A stretch of DNA of 53,799 nucleotides from a virus. Taxonomy: Duplodnaviria; Caudoviricetes. Each line of letters starts with the position of its first letter. The stretch's first letter is position 1. Shown piece by piece: positions 9,999 to 19,891 of this stretch. The notes beneath the pieces were generated by a model. The model was not told where the DNA came from. It searched no databases and saw nothing but the letters and a program-made list of their open reading frames with translations. The position numbers were made by a program, and so were the translations under genes. The stretch spans positions 1-53,799 of IMG/VR virus record IMGVR_UViG_3300018049_000024. One strand, written 5' to 3'.

Positions 9999-11543
9999 AT
10001 GGCGTATATTATTAATACATATAATACTGCTCAACTTACAGTAGTTGAAGATGGAACGATTGACCAAACTACTGATTTGAAGCTAGTAGGTAAAAATTAT
10101 GCAGGTTACGGTGAGATACAAAATGAGAACTTTGTATTCTTGCTTGAAAACTTTGCTGGAAATAATGAGCCACCTAAAGCCTTACAAGGACAGCTTTGGT
10201 TTGATGCAGCTAATCTAAAGTTGAAATTTTGGGATGGCAGTAAGTGGCGTTTAGCAGGAGGTTCTGAAGTATCTGAAGTTCCCCCAGCTGGTTTGTCAGA
10301 AGGTGATTTTTGGTGGGATGATAAAAATGATCAACTTTACTGCTGGAATGGTGATGAATACATTTTAGTAGGACCACAAGGAGTTGGTGACAGTATTACA
10401 AGATTCCAAAGCCGTTCCATCAGAGATACGGCAGGAGTTTCTCGCCCAGTTATTTGCTCTGTAGTAGATGATGAAGTAATTCATATTATTAGCGGAGTTG
10501 ATTTTACTATTGGGCCTGAAGACGCACCAAAATATCCAGGCTTTGATGTAATTCACTCAGGGCTTACATTAAAAAATACAGTCCACTCAGCAGCAGGACA
10601 AACATCTACGCATCATAGATGGTGGGGTACTGCTACGAACGCAGATAGATTAGGTGGTTATACACCAGATCAGTTTGTGCAAAAGACAGGGGCTACTTTT
10701 CCAAATATGGTAGGCTTTGGCGATGAAGGTGTTGCTATTGGCGATAGTAATGATTTACGATTGAAAATTATTAATGGCGATCAAGCACTTATTGCTAATG
10801 AGCAAGGTACAAATATGTACTTCCAAGTTAGAGATGTAAGTGGTAATTTAAGAATGCCATTTAGATTAATTGATAACGCAATTCTTCCAGGATACGATGT
10901 AATGTTTAGTCCAGGATCATTGAGCGCTTCGTTTGCTTCCGCAGTAGGAAGATCAGTAGATGTTGGAAGTATATCATATCCATTCCAAAATATGTTTGCT
11001 ACATCTTTTAAAGGAAATGCCGACACTGCATCTAAATTAGCGGTTGGCGCAACATATCATGAAGCATCAGCTACAGCACAAGCCAATTCAATCGCAGCAA
11101 GAAATGCGACAGGAGATTTGGTAGCAAATATTTTCCATGGTGTAGCAACCTCAGCTAGGTTTGCTGATTTAGCTGAAAAATATGAAGCTGATCAAGATTA
11201 TTCACCAGGTACTGTATTAGTATATGGTGGATCAAAAGAAGTAACAATGAGTACTCGAAAAAATGACAACAATGTTATTGGAGTTGTATCAACTAACCCG
11301 GCACATTTAATGAATGATGATATTGACGGTGTTGCTGTAGCATTACGCGGAAGAGTCCCTTGTAAAGTTATTGGACCAGTGAAAAAAGGTGATTTTATCA
11401 TTACATCTGATCGTCCAGGCGTTGGTAAAGCATTTAGCTTCCAAGATACTGGATCAGTCAAACCAGATTTTTATGCCATTATTGGTAGAAGTTTAGAGGA
11501 TAACAATTCAGAAGATATACGGTTAGTAGAAATAGTAGTATAA
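9999..11543 (+). CDS. Tail fibre protein with C-terminal peptidase G2/IMC-like chaperone domain, 514 aa
   Basis: Shared N-terminal module; C-terminal ADLAEKY..PGTVL..GVVSTNPA..VALRGRVPCKV..KGD resembles the peptidase G2 autoproteolytic domain. Confidence 0.7.
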   Translation: MAYIINTYNTAQLTVVEDGTIDQTTDLKLVGKNYAGYGEIQNENFVFLLENFAGNNEPPKALQGQLWFDAANLKLKFWDGSKWRLAGGSEVSEVPPAGLSEGDFWWDDKNDQLYCWNGDEYILVGPQGVGDSITRFQSRSIRDTAGVSRPVICSVVDDEVIHIISGVDFTIGPEDAPKYPGFDVIHSGLTLKNTVHSAAGQTSTHHRWWGTATNADRLGGYTPDQFVQKTGATFPNMVGFGDEGVAIGDSNDLRLKIINGDQALIANEQGTNMYFQVRDVSGNLRMPFRLIDNAILPGYDVMFSPGSLSASFASAVGRSVDVGSISYPFQNMFATSFKGNADTASKLAVGATYHEASATAQANSIAARNATGDLVANIFHGVATSARFADLAEKYEADQDYSPGTVLVYGGSKEVTMSTRKNDNNVIGVVSTNPAHLMNDDIDGVAVALRGRVPCKVIGPVKKGDFIITSDRPGVGKAFSFQDTGSVKPDFYAIIGRSLEDNNSEDIRLVEIVV

Positions 11544-11546
11544 ATA
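11539..11546 (+). promoter_or_regulatory. Putative late promoter TATAAATA
   Basis: Exact T4 late promoter consensus, followed by an AAGGA RBS and ATG at 11563. Confidence 0.55.
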
Positions 11547-11562
11547 AAGTAAAGGATTAAAA

Positions 11563-12540
11563 ATGCCAATTAACTATAAAGCTAGTGGTGCTACCATCTA
11601 TGCCGAAGACTATAACAGGCTTCAAACTAAAGTTGCTGCTATACTTGGACAAGGTGGAGGTATTCACGGAGCAGATTATGGTTACGGACAAACTATAAAA
11701 AGTTCGCAAGTGTCAGCAGTTAATGATTTAGTAACTGTAGAGCAAATGAACAATTTGCGACAAGATATAATGACTTGTTGGTTCCATCAGTCATCCGACG
11801 CATTCCCATTGTTATCAGTAGCTACAACAGATACCATTACTGCTGGAGCAGGAACTACATCAGCTATAATAGCAGAAGCAGTCAATAAAACTTATAATGA
11901 TTATACTTGGGTAGTAAATAAAATTGATATTGATCGATTATCAGCTACTCCTGGTGCTATGAATTTAGTGAATGATAAAGCATCAATGTCATTTAGTAAT
12001 TGGAACTCATACAGAGTGCATGAAGTAGTTGTAACTTTTGTAGACTCTAATCATAAAAGATATTTTTTCAATAGTGGCGGAGAAATTAGACTTCAGTCAC
12101 AACATATTGGATCTTTTTCATCAACGACTAAATCATATGTATGGCAGGAACTATTGTCATCGGCTGGAGTAACTAAGTTCGGTTATGATAATTATATTTC
12201 AGCAACATCAGCACCAAGTGTATTATTGCTAAAAAACCCAAATGCCTCGGCTGTATATGCTGAAAATTATTATAAGATATATTCTAGTTCGCCTTCAGCA
12301 AGCACACTATTATTTAAAATTGTGTTCAATGATGTTGATACTGGTGATAGGCCGGTTAATTCTCCTCCAGGACCATATGGCGCTTTAGTAGATGAGAATG
12401 TTACTGGAACAACTAAGAGCACACTATCAATATATTATCCGTCCATGACTTATGTCGATCCAAGAGCAACAGCAAATAGTTATACTGGTGTAACACTTAC
12501 AGTACCAAATACAACATCTAGACAAGGAACATCCATCTAA
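11563..12540 (+). CDS. Ser/Thr-rich virion structural protein, 325 aa
   Basis: Paralog of 12550 (YNxL..ILG.G..YGYGQ; xRxFFNxGGxIR); tail-module context. Confidence 0.6.
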   Translation: MPINYKASGATIYAEDYNRLQTKVAAILGQGGGIHGADYGYGQTIKSSQVSAVNDLVTVEQMNNLRQDIMTCWFHQSSDAFPLLSVATTDTITAGAGTTSAIIAEAVNKTYNDYTWVVNKIDIDRLSATPGAMNLVNDKASMSFSNWNSYRVHEVVVTFVDSNHKRYFFNSGGEIRLQSQHIGSFSSTTKSYVWQELLSSAGVTKFGYDNYISATSAPSVLLLKNPNASAVYAENYYKIYSSSPSASTLLFKIVFNDVDTGDRPVNSPPGPYGALVDENVTGTTKSTLSIYYPSMTYVDPRATANSYTGVTLTVPNTTSRQGTSI

Positions 12541-12549
12541 GAGATTATT

Positions 12550-13446
12550 ATGCCAATATCAAGTAGAAATACAAGCCAGACTTTGTCAGCAACACATTAC
12601 AATGAATTGAGGAATAAGATTGTAACAATTTTAGGAACTGGTTCAGGTAGCTATGGTTATGGACAAGGGACTACTAGCTCTACAGTTGCTGCAGGAGCAG
12701 GCGGTGGGCATGTATCAGCATCGCAAATGTCGCAACTAAGATCAGACATTTATAAATGTTGGTTACATCAAACAGGATCAACTTTTAGCTTACAAGTACC
12801 AACAGGAGGTACTGATGTATATAGAGCAGGAGGCTCAGGAGATTCGGATTACCAAAAGACACATAATGCTTATATAGCAGCAATTAATTCTTGTGAGACT
12901 AATAGGTTAAATGCCAACCCAACGCAAATGACGCTAGTTACTGGTTTAGCAGGTAAATCAATTGGAGCTAATTGGAACACTTCTAGGGTTATAACACATA
13001 CAGTAACTTTTTCAAACTCAAATCATAGGCGATGGTTTTTCAATGCAGGTGGATATATAAGATTTTCCATAGGAATGTCATATTCAGGATCTCAAACAAA
13101 GACACTTGATTGGGTGAATATATGTTCAAGATTTAATGGTTATACTTATGCCTATTCCCAATGGAATAATGGCTCAGGCACAGGAACACTTTCTACTTAT
13201 ACTGGCGGTAGTGCTAGCTCAGTATATAATGATAATTATGCAAATATGGCAGTGTCATTCCCAAATGCAAATAGCATAACCTTTACACAAAATTATGTTG
13301 ATGCTGATGTTGGAAGAAAATCTGGAAATCCATATTGGGTTGCAGCATATGATGAGCAAGTGTTAGGTACTATAAACTCATCAGTGTCTGTTTATTATCC
13401 AACAGGGTCCTCATCAGTTTCATTAGCTCGCCCTTCAGTAGGATAA
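12550..13446 (+). CDS. Ser/Thr/Gly-rich virion structural protein, 298 aa
   Basis: Paralog of 11563; very rich in S, T, G and N. Confidence 0.6.
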   Translation: MPISSRNTSQTLSATHYNELRNKIVTILGTGSGSYGYGQGTTSSTVAAGAGGGHVSASQMSQLRSDIYKCWLHQTGSTFSLQVPTGGTDVYRAGGSGDSDYQKTHNAYIAAINSCETNRLNANPTQMTLVTGLAGKSIGANWNTSRVITHTVTFSNSNHRRWFFNAGGYIRFSIGMSYSGSQTKTLDWVNICSRFNGYTYAYSQWNNGSGTGTLSTYTGGSASSVYNDNYANMAVSFPNANSITFTQNYVDADVGRKSGNPYWVAAYDEQVLGTINSSVSVYYPTGSSSVSLARPSVG

Positions 13447-13501
13447 CCACTTTTTATACTACCGTTTGTTGAATAAACTATATACATAAAAGGAGTTATG
13501 T

Positions 13502-13849
13502 ATGGACGAACGGCTAGAAAAAGCATTAGAGTTTTCCAATTTTATGGTTACTCTAAACAACCAAAAAAGAATTTTCCAAGAAACATACTATCAAGATATA
13601 CTCCATTATCATAAAGGCGCTCAGTTTTCTGTAAATCAACAGTTAATTTGTTTTGTCAAGATTATGCTAATGGAGGAGCAAGAGTCTGTAGTTTTAATTG
13701 ACGATAATGATCGGCCCGTTGAGATTGAAGATTTGCAAGCGTTCTATGATACAATTTTAAGTGTATATGTTGAAGCTAGTAATTCATATATGAGCAAATA
13801 TAATCATCTAATCAAAAATAGATCAATAGAAAAAATGGTAGAACTATGA
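13502..13849 (+). CDS. Conserved hypothetical protein, 115 aa
   Basis: Strong AAGGAG RBS; its stop overlaps the start of the first glycosyltransferase (ATGA). Confidence 0.7.
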   Translation: MDERLEKALEFSNFMVTLNNQKRIFQETYYQDILHYHKGAQFSVNQQLICFVKIMLMEEQESVVLIDDNDRPVEIEDLQAFYDTILSVYVEASNSYMSKYNHLIKNRSIEKMVEL

Positions 13850-14751
13850 AAAGTCGTGGGGCTCTTGTTGTAGCAAGAAATAACCCAAATATTGATTATT
13901 TAAAACAAGCAGCATTTCTAGCTCAAAGATTAGATCATTATTTAAATATTCCTACATCAGTTATTACTGATAGCCCAGAATGGGTAGTGGTAAATGGTTA
14001 TGCAGATATATTTGATAGAATTATACCAATCGTATGGGAAGATAAAGAATCATTACCAGGTAAAAATGTTATGGCTAGAACAAGCCCTCATTATACTTGG
14101 GAAAATGTTAGGCGATATTATGATGGTGTTTTGTCACATAAAGCATTGCCATTTAAAAATGAAGCTAGAACTTCGGCATATGACGCTACACCATATGATG
14201 AAACAATTCTAATAGACAGTGATATGTTTATTATGAATGATGATTATAAACATTGCTTTGAACAAGATCATAACTTTCTCATCTATGATAAAAGTTATGA
14301 CTTAGCAGGGTTTAGAAACCCAATGGAATTTAAATATATTAGTCAGCCTAGTATTAAGTTTTATTGGGCAACAGTTGTGTTTTTTAGAAAGTCTAAAGAA
14401 AATGAGATCTTCTTTGAGTTGTTAAAGCACATACAAGATAACTGGTATCATTATAGAGCTATTTTCCAAATACCAACAGCTTTATATCGTAATGATTTTG
14501 CATTTAGTATAGCAATTCATATTATGAACGGGTATGAAGAAGGAACATTTTCAATGCCAATGCCAGGCAAGTTATTTTTTACAGCAGATAAAGATATTCT
14601 ATGGGATGCTGACAGGGATCGTATAAATTTTTTATTGGAAAAAGAAGATTATCCAGGAGAATATACAATATGCCAATGGCGTAATGAAAATATTCATGTT
14701 ATGAATAAATTTAGTTTAGAACGATATATTGATAAGGTGTTGCATGTCTAA
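13846..14751 (+). CDS. GT-A fold glycosyltransferase-like protein (GT8-like), 301 aa
   Basis: TPYDETILIDSD (DxD motif), YWATVVFFRK, RNDFAFSIA; paralog of the next gene. Confidence 0.7.
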   Translation: MKSRGALVVARNNPNIDYLKQAAFLAQRLDHYLNIPTSVITDSPEWVVVNGYADIFDRIIPIVWEDKESLPGKNVMARTSPHYTWENVRRYYDGVLSHKALPFKNEARTSAYDATPYDETILIDSDMFIMNDDYKHCFEQDHNFLIYDKSYDLAGFRNPMEFKYISQPSIKFYWATVVFFRKSKENEIFFELLKHIQDNWYHYRAIFQIPTALYRNDFAFSIAIHIMNGYEEGTFSMPMPGKLFFTADKDILWDADRDRINFLLEKEDYPGEYTICQWRNENIHVMNKFSLERYIDKVLHV

Positions 14752-15610
14752 AGGTTTTGTAATATATGCCAGTGGAAAAGAATATGTAAAGCAGGCTTAT
14801 ATTTGTGCTATTAGTATAAAAGAAAAAGGAAACTCATATCCAGTAACAATTGTTACTTGTGATAAGATAGATGACGAGCAGAAAAAGGTATTTGATAGCG
14901 TAGTACCAATACCTTGGCACGAGCATGACAATACTCGATATCAAGTTTTGAATCGATGGAAGACTTACCACGCCTCACCTTATGATGAGACAATTGTATT
15001 AGATGCTGATACTGTAGTAACACAAAATATTGATGATTGGTGGAAGTTTTTTAGTAAGTATGAGTTATTTTTTCCATCTAGAGTTTATACATATCGAGGC
15101 GAGTTAGTTACAGGACATTATTATCGTAAAGCATTTGTAGAAAATAATTTGCCAAGTATATATACAGGAATACATTATTTTAGAAAAGATGATTTGGCGC
15201 ATGAATTTTTTAAATGGTTAGAACTTATATCTAATAATTGGGAATTGTTTTATGGGCAATACTGTAAAGATTATTATCCACCAGCACCAAGTATGGATGT
15301 ATCTACAGCAATTGCAATTAAAATTTTAGAGTTAGATCAAACAGTAACTAATAATAAAACTAATCTTATAAATTTTGTTCATATGAAAGAACGAATACAA
15401 GGTTGGGCAAATATTCGATCTACTTGGTTGAAGCACGTTGGGGTTTATTTAACAGAAGATTTAGATTTAGTGATCGGTAATCATTTTCAAAGAGGTGTTT
15501 TTCATTATGTTGATTCTGATTTTTTATCTAAAGAAATAGTTGATATATATGAAAGGAAATATTTTCCTAACAAAGTTTATGAAGAAATAGTACAAGGTAT
15601 TGTATCATGA
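14744..15610 (+). CDS. GT-A fold glycosyltransferase-like protein (GT8-like), 288 aa
   Basis: SPYDETIVLDAD (DxD motif), FVHMK; start moved to ATG 14744 (AAGGTG upstream). Confidence 0.7.
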   Translation: MSKGFVIYASGKEYVKQAYICAISIKEKGNSYPVTIVTCDKIDDEQKKVFDSVVPIPWHEHDNTRYQVLNRWKTYHASPYDETIVLDADTVVTQNIDDWWKFFSKYELFFPSRVYTYRGELVTGHYYRKAFVENNLPSIYTGIHYFRKDDLAHEFFKWLELISNNWELFYGQYCKDYYPPAPSMDVSTAIAIKILELDQTVTNNKTNLINFVHMKERIQGWANIRSTWLKHVGVYLTEDLDLVIGNHFQRGVFHYVDSDFLSKEIVDIYERKYFPNKVYEEIVQGIVS

Positions 15611-16209
15611 GTTATGTTTGTTTTAATGTTCGAGAAGGAAATATATTAGCAATAACAAATAATAAACCAGATGATTTAGATTTTGACTGTGAATGGAAAT
15701 CTATAATAGTTGATGTTGCTGAGGTTGAAGATATTCTATTAGGAAATGAAGACTACGCAAATTTTATAGTAATATATGATCGAACGTATCTTGGTTATAA
15801 ATTAAAGCGTAAAGAAATTATACCAGTTGATGAATTAAATATACAAGAAATTGTTTATAAAATTCCACAAGTTCATAAGGACTTAGATGCTGATATTAAG
15901 ATAATACAAGATATTGATACAACTTGTTGGAAAGTTTATGTTGGTAAAGATGCCGCTGGAAAACTTAGAGCAGAGTTTGCTAGTTTAAAGTTAGTTTTAC
16001 ATTTTTCAGTAACTCAATATAACAATCCTAATATATTATATCGTATATTAAAAGTAGATTTAGAGAAATTAGTAAATGAGCATCATTGTGTCCTTCATTT
16101 TGAAGAAGACTGGGAATATGATCCATATTTTCCAGTGAGTATTTTTACAGTAAGACGATTTGACAATTACACATATCAAAGAGTAGTGGATTATGGAGAA
16201 AGTATTTAA
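15607..16209 (+). CDS. Hypothetical glycosyltransferase-associated protein, 200 aa
   Basis: Coupled to GT genes on both sides; its N-terminus resembles that of the 19888 radical SAM protein. Confidence 0.65.
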   Translation: MSYVCFNVREGNILAITNNKPDDLDFDCEWKSIIVDVAEVEDILLGNEDYANFIVIYDRTYLGYKLKRKEIIPVDELNIQEIVYKIPQVHKDLDADIKIIQDIDTTCWKVYVGKDAAGKLRAEFASLKLVLHFSVTQYNNPNILYRILKVDLEKLVNEHHCVLHFEEDWEYDPYFPVSIFTVRRFDNYTYQRVVDYGESI

Positions 16210-17122
16210 GGTATTGGATTACGATATAATTTATTTAAGTTATGATGAACCAAATGCTGAACAGAATTATGCTGATTTATGTAAGAAAATACCATGGGCA
16301 AAAAGAGTTCATGGCGTAGAAGGCTCGGATGCGGCACACAAAGCCTGCGCAAATTTATCTGAGACTGATAGATTTGTTACTATAGACGGCGATAATAGAA
16401 TTAGAGAAGATTTTCTTACGCAAGAGATTAATTTTGGCGATCATTATGAGCTAGAAGATAAAGTTATTAGTTGGTGTGGGTATAATGTTATCAACGGACT
16501 TATGTATGGTAACGGCGGAGTAAAATGTTGGCCCAAAGATTTTGTGCTAAATATGCGAACACACGAAAACGCAGATCCAAATAATCCACACGCTCAAGTA
16601 GATTTTTGCTGGGATGTAGAATACATTCAAATGAATTCTTGTTTCTCTGATATTTACAATAACGCAACACCACAGCAAGCATGGCGAGCAGGATTTAGAG
16701 AAGGCGTAAAGATGGCACTAGATCAAGGAGTAAAGCCATCTTTGGAAGACTTCAAAAATAACCACTGGAAAAACCTCCACAGGCTGTTTATTTGGCTTAT
16801 GGTGGGTAACGATGTTGAGAATGGAATGTGGGCGATCTTGGGCGCTAGACAGGGCCTATACAAGACGATGTGCACCGACTGGGATTATGTTCAAGTAAGA
16901 GACTTTACTTACCTAAATAAATTATGGAATGAAGAAGTTAGTAAGCTAACCGAAACAGATGCTGAAGGAGAGATTATTTGGTTTGGCAGATTATTAGAAG
17001 AAGAATTAGATTTACCAATTGATAGAAAACCCTTAACAGAAAAGCAAAGTATATTTTTCAAAACAGTATATCAAAACCCATCTAGGATTTCAAGAGCAGT
17101 AATTGATCCGGAGATAGGATGA
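16193..17122 (+). CDS. Glycosyltransferase-like protein (GT-A/GT2-like), 309 aa
   Basis: SYDEPNA, RVHGVEG, TIDGD (DxD motif), YGNGGVK, WRAGFRE; homologous to the C-terminal domain of 25248. Confidence 0.65.
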   Translation: MEKVFKVLDYDIIYLSYDEPNAEQNYADLCKKIPWAKRVHGVEGSDAAHKACANLSETDRFVTIDGDNRIREDFLTQEINFGDHYELEDKVISWCGYNVINGLMYGNGGVKCWPKDFVLNMRTHENADPNNPHAQVDFCWDVEYIQMNSCFSDIYNNATPQQAWRAGFREGVKMALDQGVKPSLEDFKNNHWKNLHRLFIWLMVGNDVENGMWAILGARQGLYKTMCTDWDYVQVRDFTYLNKLWNEEVSKLTETDAEGEIIWFGRLLEEELDLPIDRKPLTEKQSIFFKTVYQNPSRISRAVIDPEIG

Positions 17123-18543
17123 GAGAAAATCAGCGAGGAGATCAAGTCTCGCTAGTTGAAGGACGATATGTTTCAAAATATTTTAAAGATAGTAAAGAGA
17201 CACTAACGGATCTCAATGCCGTTAGTCCGTCATTCTGCCTAGCAAAATGGTTCAATGTATCAATTCATATCCCAACAGGGCAGACTCACAGTTGTTATCA
17301 TCCCCAGTCTCACGCTATACCATTAGACGAGTTAGCGGCTAATCCAGATGCTATACACAACACTAGCCATAAAATACAGCAGCGGCATAAGATGTTGGAA
17401 GGAGAGCGTCCAAAAGAGTGTAGTTACTGCTGGGATATTGAAGATCAAGGCAATATAAGTGACAGAGCTTACCGCAGCAATGATGTTCAAGAGGAAGGAC
17501 TAATACAAAAAGCATTAGACAACATTCAGCACCCAACTCCACGCTATATGGAGGTAAATTTTAATCAGGCTTGTAACTTTAAGTGTGCATATTGCTCACC
17601 GCATTTATCTACTGAATGGCTAAAGGAGGTACAAGAGTATGGCGGTTACAAATTATCATCAGGAACGCATAATGATAAAGGTTGGGTAGATAGATTAGGG
17701 ATTGACAATAGCCCAGACAATCCATACGTTCAATCGTTTTGGGAATGGTGGCCCACTGTATATAAGGATCTAAAAACATTTAGAATGACAGGCGGTGAGC
17801 CACTAATGGATAAGAATACTTTCAGAGTATTTGATTATGTAAAACAAAATCCAAATCCAGAACTTAATTTGTGTATTACAAGTAATTGTTGCCCACCAGG
17901 CAATCAATGGAATAAGTTTATGGTTGCTATAAAAGAGATAGCAAATGAAGAAACGCTCAATCACTTTCAACTATATTGTAGCTTAGATACTTGGGGAGAG
18001 CAAGCAGAATATATCCGTAACGGTTTAGATTATGAGATATTAAGAAAAAATATTGTACAATTTTTAACAGAGTGCAAAAATCATAGCTTAGGATTTATAA
18101 TTACATCAAATTTGCTCAGTCTTCCTAATTGGTGTAAGTTTATAGAGACTATTCATGAGCTACGATGTAAAGTAAATAAAGAGAGACAACTAATATGGTT
18201 TGATACTCCAATGCTACATCATCCTAATTGGCTAAGTATGAGATTAGCAACTCCAGAGATGTTGAATAATTTACAACTTAGTATAGATTTTATGGAAAAT
18301 AATAAAGAGACTTCCAATAATAGATTTAAAGGTTTTAAGGATTTTGAGATTGATAGAGTAAGACGATTATATGATTGGGCTAAACATCCTTTTAGTGCTG
18401 AAGAAGATGAGAAACATAAGATAGACTTTTATTTATTTTTTACTGAACATGATAAAAGGCGCAATACAAATTTTACAAAAACATTTCCAACTATGATAAA
18501 ATTTATGAACCAGTGTAAGGAGTATTATGAGCAAAGGAGATGA
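17119..18543 (+). CDS. Radical SAM protein with N-terminal twitch-like Cys domain, 474 aa
   Basis: CNFKCAYC, TGGEP; N-terminal FCLAKW..HSCYHP..CSYCW. Confidence 0.9.
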   Translation: MRENQRGDQVSLVEGRYVSKYFKDSKETLTDLNAVSPSFCLAKWFNVSIHIPTGQTHSCYHPQSHAIPLDELAANPDAIHNTSHKIQQRHKMLEGERPKECSYCWDIEDQGNISDRAYRSNDVQEEGLIQKALDNIQHPTPRYMEVNFNQACNFKCAYCSPHLSTEWLKEVQEYGGYKLSSGTHNDKGWVDRLGIDNSPDNPYVQSFWEWWPTVYKDLKTFRMTGGEPLMDKNTFRVFDYVKQNPNPELNLCITSNCCPPGNQWNKFMVAIKEIANEETLNHFQLYCSLDTWGEQAEYIRNGLDYEILRKNIVQFLTECKNHSLGFIITSNLLSLPNWCKFIETIHELRCKVNKERQLIWFDTPMLHHPNWLSMRLATPEMLNNLQLSIDFMENNKETSNNRFKGFKDFEIDRVRRLYDWAKHPFSAEEDEKHKIDFYLFFTEHDKRRNTNFTKTFPTMIKFMNQCKEYYEQRR

Positions 18544-19891
18544 TCACGTTCGAGAAGCAAGAGATGTTGCAAAGAGACTGAATGCAGTAGGTCCAGGGTT
18601 TTGTGCTATGAAGTGGCTACATCAAACTTTATATTTACATACAGGTGATAATCATAGTTGTTATCATCCACGTCCCCATCATATTCCTTTACATACTCTA
18701 AAAGATAACCCGTCTGCTTTGCATAATACTAACTGGAAAAAAGAACAACGAAAAACAATGTTAGAGGGTGGACGCCCTGCTGAGTGTTATTATTGTTGGA
18801 ATATTGAAGATTTAGAAGGAGATCATTTATCAGATAGAATGTTCCATAGCTCTAGCTCGTTTGCTGAGCCAATGATTGAAAAATTAGCAGAGCTTCCTTG
18901 GGATGCTAATATAAATCCAAGATATTTAGAAGTATCGTTTGGCAATGGTTGTAATTATAGATGTGGTTACTGCTGTCCACAAGCAAGCACAATGTGGATG
19001 GAAGAAATTGAGACATACGGCAATTATGATTTGACATATAATCAATATGGAACAGAGTTTTTGCGAAGCGGAAACTACTATGGACCAAATGAAGATAATC
19101 CATATATTGAGGCGTTTTGGAAATGGTGGCCCAGTTTGAAAAATGATTTATGGACACTTCGTATTACTGGCGGGGAGCCACTAATGAATCCTGGAGCTAT
19201 GAAGTTTTTTGATTTATTAGAAAATGAACCATCGCCTAACTTAGAGATTAGCTTAAATAGTAATTTAGGTGTTACTACAAAAAAGATTGATAGGTTGTTT
19301 GATCGGATACGAAGTTTATTAGATCAAAATAAAATTAAGAAATTTAGACTCTTTACAAGTATTGATACATGGGGACCACAAGCTGAGTATATGCGTACTG
19401 GAATGAAGTTAGATCATTGGGAGCGCAATCTTAGAAAAGCAATGGAGATGGAATTTGAAGTAAGTCTTATGTGTACATTTAATGTTTTATGTGTTACAAA
19501 CTATAAATCGTTTTTATATAAAATGAAAGAATGGAGAGCTGATTATGGCAAAGAGGCTATTTCATTTGATGTTCCATATCTTAAAGAACCACCTCATTGG
19601 ATGATTAATATTTTGCCCGAAAGTTTTATGGAATATATGCATGATACTTTAGAGTTTATTAATAGTGACTCTGATTTTTTACCAGCAGAGTATGAGAGAT
19701 TTAAACGAGTCACAAATTATATGAAAACTAATCCAGTTGAGCATAGTAAAATTTTACAAGGACAAAGAGATTTTTATTCATTTTTTACAGAAAATGATAA
19801 ACGATTAGGAACTGATTTGTTAGCTACATTTCCTGAGTATAAAGATTTTTATTATCATTGTAAAGATGTTTATGAGAACTACGAAAAATGA
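18527..19891 (+). CDS. Radical SAM protein with N-terminal twitch-like Cys domain, 454 aa
   Basis: CNYRCGYC, TGGEP; FCAMKW..HSCYHP..CYYCW; close paralog of 17119. Confidence 0.9.
   Translation: MSKGDDHVREARDVAKRLNAVGPGFCAMKWLHQTLYLHTGDNHSCYHPRPHHIPLHTLKDNPSALHNTNWKKEQRKTMLEGGRPAECYYCWNIEDLEGDHLSDRMFHSSSSFAEPMIEKLAELPWDANINPRYLEVSFGNGCNYRCGYCCPQASTMWMEEIETYGNYDLTYNQYGTEFLRSGNYYGPNEDNPYIEAFWKWWPSLKNDLWTLRITGGEPLMNPGAMKFFDLLENEPSPNLEISLNSNLGVTTKKIDRLFDRIRSLLDQNKIKKFRLFTSIDTWGPQAEYMRTGMKLDHWERNLRKAMEMEFEVSLMCTFNVLCVTNYKSFLYKMKEWRADYGKEAISFDVPYLKEPPHWMINILPESFMEYMHDTLEFINSDSDFLPAEYERFKRVTNYMKTNPVEHSKILQGQRDFYSFFTENDKRLGTDLLATFPEYKDFYYHCKDVYENYEK

Noticed and set aside
13441-13500. Terminator or promoter between the tail genes and the enzyme cluster
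   Set aside because: No clear hairpin and only an imperfect ATAAAC motif; read-through from the tail genes remains possible.
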